NCBI GenBank assembly: GCA_035084275.1
Contig: CM068747.1
Location: 2,790,001 to 2,854,000 of the forward strand
Source of the DNA: Hydrolagus colliei
Taxonomy: Eukaryota
Direction: 5' to 3'
Length of the DNA stretch: 64,000 nt
Part shown: piece by piece, positions 20,701 through 32,700 of the stretch
Layout: each line of letters begins with the position of its first letter
Position numbering within the stretch: position 1 is the first letter of the stretch
Made by a program: the position numbers and the translations under genes
The notes under the pieces: generated by a model
The model's database searches: none
The model's input: only the letters and a program-made list of their open reading frames with translations
What the model was told of the DNA's origin: nothing

Positions 20701-23700
20701 ACCATTATGTTTTCTGTTACAGTTTATCTAGTTTGCTGCAATCTTAAAACCTCCTGTAGTGATTCTCTGAGACACTCCAATTAACCCACTTTGAAAAGCA
20801 GACAAAGTGACTGTTCCTGTGCCACAAAAAGGTGTGAGAGGAAAAAATATACTTGCCTTAAAAGTTTCAGAATGGATATTTGCTAACATGTTTTCTTACA
20901 TAGCACAATCATTATTAACCCACTACAAAAAATTTATACAGCACCAATGGATTTTTTTGCAACTGGTAACTGGTATGACAAAACTAAATTACATTACATT
21001 GATTTAAGATACGCCAGATTTTATCTGCAAGACAAGTACTAATCTGGTATTGTCTTCACCTTTAATCAACACAAAGCTCCTCGCTTATTTCGGGAATGAG
21101 TAGAGTAGATGTAAGACATGGTTTCACTTGGAAGTCCCTCAGGCTCAAACTTCTGACAGTCTTTGACCATTGCAAGATAGTCCCTGAAATAAATCCACCC
21201 CCGGGGGAAATACGAAATGTTCTTTTGCTTTGCGTTTAATTTCTATCATGTTTGCTTTGACATCTATCTGATGGCTGGTCGGACACTGCAACACACATGC
21301 TAATCAAAGGAAATCTGTCATCTTCATACTTTGACAGGATCCCAAGAGATGTTGAGATGAAGAAGATCTTTCAGCCAATTGACCACATCTTCCCAGGATA
21401 CCCACTCCCATCACAGCATCAACCATTTAAAAAAAAATGAATCCAGCATCCTTGCCTCACCTACCATTCTTGGTAACCTGTTCCTGTTGTTAATTGATCT
21501 CAGGGTAAAGAAACACTGCCTGAACTGAAATTTTCCCTTCAGCAATCCTAAACCTGTCTCCTCATGTTCTGCTCTCTCGGTGCATTCGAAAGTATATTGT
21601 TTCGAGATTATTTTAACAGTCCCACTTAAAATCTTGAATACCTCACCACAGATTTGTTCATAAGAACTACAGTACTTCCCAAATAGTGATTGTGCAATAT
21701 ATGTTCTTTTGGGACATCCTCCTGACGTGAAAGGTGCTATACAAATGTAATTTTGTTGTTGTTGCTACTTAATTGGTGAAACAGTGTTAACAATTCATAA
21801 GGGATAAGTGAATAGAAGTGAAGCATGCTCTATGCATGTGTGGGAACATATCGATATAATAGGACTCGGAATCAATCACAAAGCTAATTTCTCTACTAAA
21901 TTACTAAAGTAATTTCTCTACTACTTTCTGACCATAATGTATTGCATTGTAGGGTCATACCTGTCCTCCTCTGGGTTGGTGCTTCAGATTGTCAATGGAT
22001 CCGATTTTGGACTTGATATTTTTCAGATCAGGCATTGGCTGGTTGATCACACGGAGCTGTTTTGGAGTGATGGGGGATTTGGGTGGGGTGCGGATAATTG
22101 CCACTTTCCTTTCTGTGGGTACAAGAATGGGAGATTTGAGTGTGCCAGGTGTGCCGGGGGTACGAGGGGTCCTGGTGCCTGGCGTGCGGGAGTAGCTGGG
22201 TGGTGTGCCCGGTGTGATCGCAGTCGATCCGGGGGTGGTTGGTGTGACTGTTCCGCTTCTCGCTGACCTGGAGCGAACCGATTCAGACCCTAGGACGCAA
22301 GATCACAAAAGTCACAATATAGTTGTATCTAATAAGCAACATTACCGCCCTCAATAGATACAGTCTCATCCATTACTGATTACCGGTATGCCATTTTTGC
22401 AAAGCACTAACGAAACATTAAGGTAGAGATCATTTTCTCGGCCACTTCACCGTACAGTGCAATCATATTAATTACCAGACAAGCGTGCTTAAATTGGAAA
22501 TGTTTTGGTTCATTTGTTCTTGTTACAAATTCGTGAAATATGAACCCATATTTCTTGTTCATGCTCAGCACGGCTTTAAATTTCAAAGATCGTTTGTAGT
22601 ATCCTAACCAGGCGTGGTTCTGAATATTCCACCAAAGCTACATCAAGTCTGTCATGCAGAAAATACTTGATGATATAGATATTTTTTGTTAACAATGCTT
22701 TTAGTTGGAACAGAGCCACTATTGACTGCAGGCTACCTGCACTAGCATGTGCTCTCGATCTTGACTTCACAGGGTGATCCCTTTGATCAGCTCTTGGTTC
22801 AGTCCTTATAGCTACAACAAGAAGCATGGTATTGGGGAGGGTAAAGAGAGAGAGAGTAGAGGAGACACACAGAAGTATTGATAGTTCATAAGGATATTAA
22901 TTCTATTATCGAGCAATATGCAAACTTGTAGAGGAATAGCGAAAGGCGATATCTTCAAAACTGTTGGGTTGCTTTTAATTGGTGCAAAATGCAACAATTT
23001 GGAAATGTCTGTTTTTTTCCTGTTTTTTTTGTTGAAATTGATGAAATCACTCCAAAAAAAATCATAATAGCTGCATCTTTTCATGCTGCCGTCGTGCCTT
23101 GAAAGAAATGCTGTTGCTATTTCAAACGAATGTGGGCACGAGTGGAGAAAAGGTTCAGCCTCTGCTGCGATTCCTCTCCTCCGCACCTCTCTCAGTCAAA
23201 CAGCCGAGCAACCCTAAGCGACCACATACACACAGAATAAGGCTGATTTGACTTGAGAGAGCACAGGAGAATTTGTGCTCAGAAAAAGAGAAAAGTAACC
23301 AGAGAACAGGAGAAAATTGAAGCAATGAAACAGACTAGTTCTGACGTATCTTATTGGACACTACTCTACAAAGGAACAATTACTCTACAGTTCCATGGGC
23401 CGATGTTTTTTCTTAAAAAAAACTACAACCCACAATTAATTTGATTTCCTCTACATTAATAATCATTTAAACATAATCTAAAGTAAAAACATCGAGGAGC
23501 TGGCATATTTTGATACATATTGTGAGTGAGCTGTAAATAATGTCAATAATTCATGCACAATAGTCCCTTTTCCCCACCAAACAAAGTAATAATGTTTCTT
23601 AGGCTGTGATAAGTTAGTGGGTTATATGGTTGAAAACTCATTACTATGAAGTATATTGTTCAAGATCAAATACTCCTAAAGTTGCAAAGAGAAATACAAA

Positions 23701-26700
23701 AACTAACTTGTGGGTCTTTTTGGTGCAGAATATACTGGGCTTGTAATGGGGACTAATGATGCATCTTTATCCGCTGATGTCGCTCGACGAGTAGACAGGA
23801 TTGATGAAGGTCTGGGTAAAGCAGACCGTTTCTCTGGGCTTCTTAAGGCAGCATCCTGTGTAAAGCAAATGGTGTTTTTACTGAATAAAATCCTGAATGT
23901 GAAGATTAAGCAGACAGCAAGGCACTATAAATGCCATCATTTTGGTCAAGTCTAACTGTTGATCCCGGAGTATACGTACAAAATGTTGATGGTGGGGATG
24001 GTGCAATATGCCTACCCAAATTATTCCTGTATTATCAAGCCTTGACATAACCTGGACTATTCTCCAAATAGATTATTCTGAATCAGTTAGATCTATTCCT
24101 ATTCCCCTTAAAGTGTATCAATCTGGTGAATGCCCTATGCGCATAAAATCATTGCATTTGATACAGTGCCTTTCACATTTCTAGATATCTCAAAGCGCTT
24201 CACAGAATATACTGTAAGGTGAATTAACTGTTGATAATTGAGGGTGAAATGCGGCAGCCAATTAATCGTGCACAGCAATGTCCCACAACCAGTTGTGGAT
24301 TGAAGTGACCAATTTTTTTTTTTGCTTGAGGGATTAATTTTCAAGCATAATCTTGTAAGGAATAATAATGGAAGGAATCTTGCCCAAGGTTTTGCCTGGA
24401 AATGCTGGAAATAAAACCCAGCTATTTTGCTTGTGAGTAGAGTGCTCTAACCACAGCTCTACAGGACGCCACTGTAGTAAAGCTACAGGTTTCCTCCTAA
24501 TCTCCACACACAGTGTGAACAGGTGCGTAAACCATTCCCAAGACTCAGGCTGCATCCCTGCATATAGCACCCTCGCTTTTCCAAAAACTGTTCTAAAATG
24601 TGCCTTTCACAAGGGACCAAATGGTAGTACAATTTATTTCAGGGGGATTGTGTACGAGCTGAATAAGTGAAGAAGCGGAGGGCACTCAGAGCCAGGAGTC
24701 TCTGTAATTCTGCATGCAGTCTTTATGTTTAAACAAATTTGGTGCCTGCTTCAAAACTACAATGTAATTACAATGTAATTCTGTTGTTGCTTCAGTTCCA
24801 ATTTGTCTTTCATATTTTAAGCACTGCATTAATCAGCTTTGTTGCGTTGGAGACAGATGGATGAGCAATGGTATTTTACTTGCCAAGATTCGGCCACTGG
24901 AAACAGTAACACATTTGTTGTTAGAGAGACAGTGACTTAAGACTGAAAACTCACTGAAAGTGATTTATTGTAAATGGCGCTTCAAAATCAGCTACCGGAC
25001 ATAAGCAAATCTCGAATGATCTGAAGTCATAAAATAAACCTAAACCTGGGATAATGTGAGTTACTATAATTTAATTTATTTTGTAAACCTCTCCTCTATT
25101 ATCCTATTGTATTTTTGTTTAAATCACGAAGATGAGAGTTTACGTCCAGCCTACATTGCCTTTGAATCAGTTGACTCTCCTTCCATGATCCAAGCAAATT
25201 TTCCATTTCTAGTCAATCTAGGTACATATTGTTGCCTAAGAGAAAATTGCAAACACTTGCAATTAATGTTCTTCATCTTACCTGTCTTACCGTTTGCCCG
25301 ATCAATGAATCCCTAGGACCAGCAGATGAAGGTCGCATGGGATAATGATCTAGATCAATAAAGACTTTTCTAGTAGCAGAACAAGCAGAATTGGGTCTTT
25401 GAGGGAGGAGAGAAGACACTTTTGAGGTAGGAATCTTTGTTAAAGGAGATGAGTTCTTGACACAAGAAAGAATAAATTAAAAACAAGAGTGATGAGACAC
25501 GTGGACATAAAATGGATTAATCAAAAGAAACCTACAAAATTAAAATCAATAACATGAATGATATTAAGTTGTGGAGAATGTCATTTATGTTCTAATGTTC
25601 TAATATCTACAAAATTGTACAACTTCTGCTATAGCCACGTTACAGATATTCCTACTGTTTTCTCGCCCTTGACTATTTATGCCCGATGTGAATATTAAGC
25701 CTAGGGAGCACAAATTTAATGCTTTTCTTGTAATATCCTTTTACAATTTCTATTTCCACAAGATCAATGGATTCAAACAAAGGCAATAAATTGAATGAAA
25801 CTCAGTGGATCTGATATGTGAGTCCATGTGCAATTCCTGGATACCTCTCGACGCATTTCACAAGTAGTCTCAGAGTACAGATCTTTATTGATCTGTGAAT
25901 CACAAATCTCATAAGACATCGAAAGGATTTTTTATTTTATTTTAACTGTCAAAAAGTCCCATAGTTGAAGTTGAGTTGAAGTCTGCATTTGGCTTTCACT
26001 CTTGCTTTCTGTGATGTACATTAATTGACTGCACTTAATCTATTTACCACAGGTGATGCACACTGGCATATAATAAAATTGACCTGTCACTGTGAAAAAA
26101 AGCAAATTAAAATAATCATCCTAGCAACAAAAATCAACCAGTGTTTTTGTATGGATTGGTGTGGTTTTTTTCTAATGGTTCCCAGACATGTTCTCGGATA
26201 ATAATGCAGCCAATTAGCTTCAGCTTGGGAAAGAATAACTAGATGAGACTCGAATCCAGTTAGAGCATTCGTTGTGTGAATTAATTATATCAGCAGCAGA
26301 CAATTTGATGTGGGGACAATGAAAAAAAACGGATGGGGGAGCTGGCTGATGGTATTCTGTATCTGAATCAAACTCAATCTTAAATTCTTGTCCATTTGGT
26401 GGCTGTAAATCAACTGTTGATGTGTATGAGCTGACAGCCTTCTGTATTAGTCACCAGTCACAACAAATATACAAGGATGACTGATGTTGGGAATAATAAA
26501 AACAAAACACAGCCTCGAATGACTCGATCAGCAGTAGTTGATCTTACAGTTGATATGGTGACAAATCTTAAATTGAGCGAGTAAATTCAGATTGGACATT
26601 GGCACTCAGGTTACATTGTATAAATATGGCAGAGGAAGCTTTACTCTGCTTCTAAAATGTGTTTTATTTGACTCGGGAGTAACCCAAATGCAAAAGTGTT

Positions 26701-29700
26701 CCATTCCCTTGCTCCTCATCAATCTTACCCCGATGAGGACAACACCAAGTACAAGAAAAAATATGAAACCCTGGAAATAAACACCTTTATTATTGGATTT
26801 TGAACAATTATATTTAAAAATCTGGATTTTGAATTCGCTTGTATAACTTTTCAGTTATATATTTGTTTCGCATAGTTTTGCAGATCTCTGCAAAATCCAT
26901 CATTACACATGGCCTTACATTTAGTCAGATCAGTTTTCACAGGCTTTGGAAATATTTAGCTTGGTTTGTACGAGCACAGTATTTAAAGTTTTCACATTAT
27001 CTGTATTATCTGGCTCTCCATTCGTTGAGCAACCTTTACAGAGACTGTTGCTTACTGAAGTCTGTAAGTGGCTATTTGCAAAGCATGAAGAAACAAACTA
27101 GATGAATGACAATGTTAAAAGCAAAAATGAAGATGTTACTTTTAAGCTAACATTTGTTCCCCCACTTTATGGGGTCTTAGAGGTCAGGGAAAGGAACACA
27201 TGGAAATCTCTCCAGTTCTGATTCACAACTTCAAAGCATTGTTTCTGTCCAGATTAATGCTGATAACATTGGAAGGAATGGAATAAATTGATGCTCCAAC
27301 AATGTCTTTGTGAATGTAAAGATTGTCTGCAGTTTCCTAAACTTGCCTCACAGCAATATTACGGCCCCATTATTAACACTGCAGAAGGAAACAGATTTGC
27401 ATAGGGGATTTAAGGATATGACACACTGGTATATATTCACAACATCAAATTGCTTAGCACCTTTTCGTCTTTCTGAAGCACATTGCTGCAGATCTGCCAT
27501 GTAAACCTTGCTGTGCTCGCCAGGCCATTGGTAACGAGGTTGCAATCATTGAAGTATGGATGGTGAGTGGCAGACGTTGGCCAGTAACGCCTTCCGTCGT
27601 CTCCAACTCAATCCAGATGATGTGAAATGTCTGTTTTGATTCGCATTACAAATTCTGAGACACCATAAACCATAACTAGCCAACAATCTCTGCCGAGATC
27701 CATTAGCCTGGAGGAGAAACAGGATGTTTTTCCCTCCACAAACTCATCTAGTATCCAAAAATGTGCTTTATGTGTGCGGCAACAAAGGGCTGTTGTGGTA
27801 CTAAACACATGAATAACACAAAAACATCGTAAATACCAACTGTCTCTTTCCAGGTGCTCCATGTGTTCCACATACAAATAGAGGAGCAATTCAAGCAATA
27901 ACTTGTGTTACGAACTATGGGAATAATCATGAAATGATGATTTGCTTCTTGAGAAAATGTCCGATGCTTAACGAATTTTCCTGACAGCTATAAATAAACA
28001 ATAATCCTTGCATTTGAAGGACGGCATCTCCTAAAATGCAGCGAAACCCCCGACACAGCACTGGACATAAATGACAAATAAGAATATAATTTAACACTGA
28101 GTTCACTTACTAGAATTCTGTCCTTGGATTGTCTTGCGACAGAGAACTTTTGGTCAAAAATATAGGCGCCTTCCCCAATTCCAGGAGCTGAAGAAACAAA
28201 TTGTAATTTTAAAGAATAGCACCACCGAATATAATTGCACGTTTTTACTCTCAGTACACTGACACAACACGTTAAAGGAAGCAAGAATACATTTAAAATC
28301 AATGCTGTCGTTTTGAACAACAAGATGGCAAGCACTGAAACAAAGTACAAATTTACCCAAACTAAAGATCCAAGTGGGAATAAAATGATGATACACAGAT
28401 GTTTTTTTTTGTTGAAATAACATGAAACAAAACAATAAACTGCATGTAATGCAAGTTACACCTGAAGACCTCAAACTCTAGTTAATGCGGATGAGCATCA
28501 TGATACGGGTTGCAACACTTCCCTACCAGCACATAGCAATCTCTACAAACTCCCACAATCAAACTACATCACCACCTCAAGATACGACCACTGTACTTTG
28601 CAAGCTTTGTGCAGAATAAGCACGTGTGTGCGTGTGCGTGTGTGATCATGACTGCTGTTGGAAAAAAAATAATGAAAAGCACTGAAAAGATAAACTTGTG
28701 GCAGCCCAGTGACTCAAAACAAGTAACACAGGAAAAAAAGCCAATCTAAGCAATGAGATAAAGTCCATGTTTGCCAGCAACATTGCAGTGTTTACACAGT
28801 CACCTGTCTGCTTCCGTTTAGTACAAGGGAGGTGAGCTGGTCTATGATATCTTACAGCCGGTTTTAAAATGATTTTCCTGGAGGGAGACCGGGTCTGAAT
28901 TTCTGATTTTTTAGCAAGTTCAGACTTCTTATACACTGTTAGAGAGGAAAGACAAAAGTAATTGTGAGGACAGGAGTAAGGCTGGTAGTCCTATGGAATG
29001 ACTAGACTGCACTTTTCAGAAACAAAATCTTAGTACAAACACTTCAGATTAGGTATTTACTGTTTCATATTACGGTTACATTTTCTACTGTTAAAACAAA
29101 ATCTTTATATTGTTACATAGGCACGGTCGAACACCTGACACATCACAAAAATGCAACAAGGAAACCCTTTTATATATGAACCTTTTCTCTTCTTTTTGTC
29201 ATCTTTGGAGATTGCACTGATTTCTTTTTTAATTATTTTCCTTTCGGGCGTAGAAACTCTGTTTTTTCCACTTTTTAACATCTTCCCTTTCCTATGCTTA
29301 TCCAAGGGTGGGCTGTAGAGCTCCTTCTCTGCTTTCACCTGCTTAGCAACAACCGTGGGTTGTGCTACTATGATACTCTCTTCATCTGCAGAATTAGAGT
29401 GCAAGAAATCACTTTAATAGCAATAAAGAGATCAATTAAATTTTTTTTTAAAAAGCACAAACTGAATCCACGTTACTTTTATAAACTCAGTAACAGTTAA
29501 ATATAACCGATTTGCAGAATTTTTTAATTTTTGCAAATTTGCAGATTTTTTTAAAAAAATATTTAAATAAGAAAAATATTTTAATGCCTCGTGATGGCTG
29601 CTGCGCATTAAAGTTTTATGGGCACCTGGAGTATCCATCCACAGGCTGTCAGTGTCCATTAATGATTCATCAATACTGTCATCTTCCTTTACGTCTGTTG

Positions 29701-32700
29701 GGATTTCTATCTTCTCTGGGAAAGCTGGCGTCTGGACACATTCCACAGTTGGTTCAACCTGAATGATTTCTTCTGTCACCTGGGCTTGTGGGCTGATGGC
29801 TCCCATGTTCTCGACCTCACCGCTGTCCGACACCACAAACCTCACGTTGTGGGCCGCCCCCTCGCCTTCCTCCAAGGTCGTCTGAACAACGGTGATGACA
29901 TCGTCCTGCATCGTAATGATTGATTCCACGACTCCTCTGGCTTCGTTGGTCTCCTCTGGGGAAGTGCCATCCTGTGGCGCTTCAGTGTCAATGTACTCTG
30001 TTTGCAAAACAATTTCTGGCACCGAGACTTTGACTAGCAAACTAGGCCTAGCAAATTCATCCTTCAATCTGCCCTCAGGCCCCGCCACAGATTTTTCAGA
30101 AACGTTGTGGTCAACAGGCTTGCTTTCTACCTCTGCTGCTGGTAAAGGCTCAACGCTGGATAACACAGGCTCTGAAGTCTCGTTTTCCCCGGCTTCCTTA
30201 GGTTCAGTTGTCTCTTGTACAGGAATGGGCATCTCGAATGATTGCTGATTGTTGGACTCTGGTTTCACATCTACTTCAGCTGTAGTAACGTCAATTGATA
30301 AGGCAGATCTTGGCTCATCTTCCGCTGTTTTCTTTGGTTGAGTCTCTGGAATGGGAGATTGTTGCTCAGAAAGCCTCTCACCTGCAGGCTCCAGTTGTAA
30401 AACTGCTTCTGGTCCAGTCATCTCACCGGCTAATTGAGGCCAGTTTTCACCTTCCATGGATTCCTCTGGCTGAATAATTTCTTGAGCAGAGGTACTTTCC
30501 TTAGATATTTTCTTGTTGACAGACTCCGTTGTAAAGCCGAGGTCACCGGCCAAACCATGCATCATCTCATCTTCCATAATTTGAGCGGCTTCTTGAATGA
30601 AACCAATTTCCTCAGATCCTGAATGTCTAATCGGTTCAGCTTCCAAACTACCTAGACCTGGGCTCGTCTCAACCTCTGCAATGGTTTTCAGTTGAGCTAC
30701 TTCATGAACCGGAGCAGATTTTTCAAGTAATATGCCCGAGACAGACTCAGTCTTTGAACCGAAGTCTGGAATGATGGGCAGAGTAGGCTTTGCCCCCTCA
30801 GTGGGCAAAGTAGGCTTTGTCTCAGCCTCTATGGTGGCCTCGGGTGGAATTGCCTCTTGGACGGGAATACCTTCCCCAGTCACTTTATGATCAACAGACT
30901 CTGCTTTCGAACTCAAGTCTGCTTCAGTGAACTCAGACGCCAAGCTCGGCTTTGTGTCGCCTTCCATGGACACTCCAGGTTGTATGGCGTCTTGTTTAGC
31001 AATGTCTTCTCCAAGTACTTTATGATCTGCGATCTCCTGTTCCAAAGATACATCCGGTACGGTTACCTCACGGAGAAGACTGGAGCCACTTTCGATTTTC
31101 ACCTTGGGTTCATAATCCTGGGAAGGTTCTGCCGGACCTTTCGCTGGGACATTGCGTGCGCTGGTGATCACGGCTTTAGTCTGGTCACCAGCTGCCTCCA
31201 GCCCGGACCCTATGGCGCGATCAAATGGCACAAATGGCATAGTCATCGGCTCTTTCGGCACGGATGGCAAAACGTATTCCTCTGACTGAGTTTCCAGGAT
31301 CGTGGCTATTTTGAAATCCCGGTCCTGAATTTCTGGCACGGTGGTAAATTGATAAACTGAATCCTTGTGCTGATTTGCGTCCATCTGCCTCCTGATGGTT
31401 TCCTCGTCTATAGCCTGAGAAGCCCGGGAGAGATGCTGAAGGAAGATACTGCTGCCTTCCTCTAGGGGACTTTTCACCTCCTCTGGAGTTGGTAAGGGAG
31501 CAGAGTATTCGAAAACACAGTAACCCATGTCCTCTGCCTGACTGACATTTTTAATGATCAGTTTGATGCTCTCTGTAATAGCCTCTGGACTGGAGGCGAA
31601 GTGTTTGCCCCCACCTTCTGAGGGACTTGAGGATTTTCTGTGCAGTTCGGTCTCTGTGCCTTCTGAGCTCAGTCTAGTTCTCTCAACTCCTAAATCCAAC
31701 ATTTCGGGCAAGTCGGGCACCACAACAGTCCCATTTTTGTAGTCGTCTTTCAAACAATCGGGGTACTCATCCTGCGGTATCACGGGAAGGATCTGATCGA
31801 CCGATTGCTCGTTGTAAGCCGACGCGGTTTCAATTTTGCCAAATTCAAGAGGAAAGCAGATGGCAGCCTCGGCCACCGGTGTGAAGATGGGAAATGAATC
31901 CGCAGAGTCATCCAAGCTCATTCCTCTGGTGCCGGCAAGAATGTCGGAGGCCAGTGGTGAGAGAGACTCGGGGGGTCCAGGGCTCTCCAATTCAACCTCC
32001 AGTACCGTAGAATCCATTGGCATTGTTGGTAAATGTAGCACCAGCTTTTGCAGCTCTATGTCAGTACTGTAATCACTTTGCTGAGAGGCGGCCGTGGGGA
32101 GGTCTTTGTGCTTCACGTCGCTTTGTTGACCAGGAGAAACCCTTTCGTCTCCTGGACTGGCTTCACCCTGGGCATCCACAGTTGCAGTTGTCTGAACAAG
32201 GGTGCTGTAGTCAACTTGTTCAGCTGAAATACTGTGACTCTCTTGTTTGCCAGAGTCTACTGTTGATATTTGGTGCTGGGCTCCTGATAACTGAGAGGCT
32301 GCCGGAGAAAGCCTTGAATCCTCTTCGCTTGTGATGGTCATTTCATAATATCCATCTCCGGGTTGACTGCTACTTTTCACTTCGCCTTCTTTTGGGACGG
32401 ACGTTTCAAAATATGTAGACACATCCGGTTGATCCACTTCGGTCTTACCTTTTAAGCTGATGTCAATACTGTCGGACCTTTTGTCCTGCATTGGTCCACT
32501 AGGTAAACTCTCTGCATATTTATTGGTAATAATTGTTGAATCATCCATTTGGGACATGCGCTCCATTTCAGTCATGCCCTCTATAGTGATAACCTGGGCA
32601 AAACCCTTCTCCTCAGGTTTCATAGGAACGTCACGGATCTTTTCCATTGTATCCTTATTTTGTTCCCCATCATGTGACTGCTTTTTAATTCCCTTATTGC

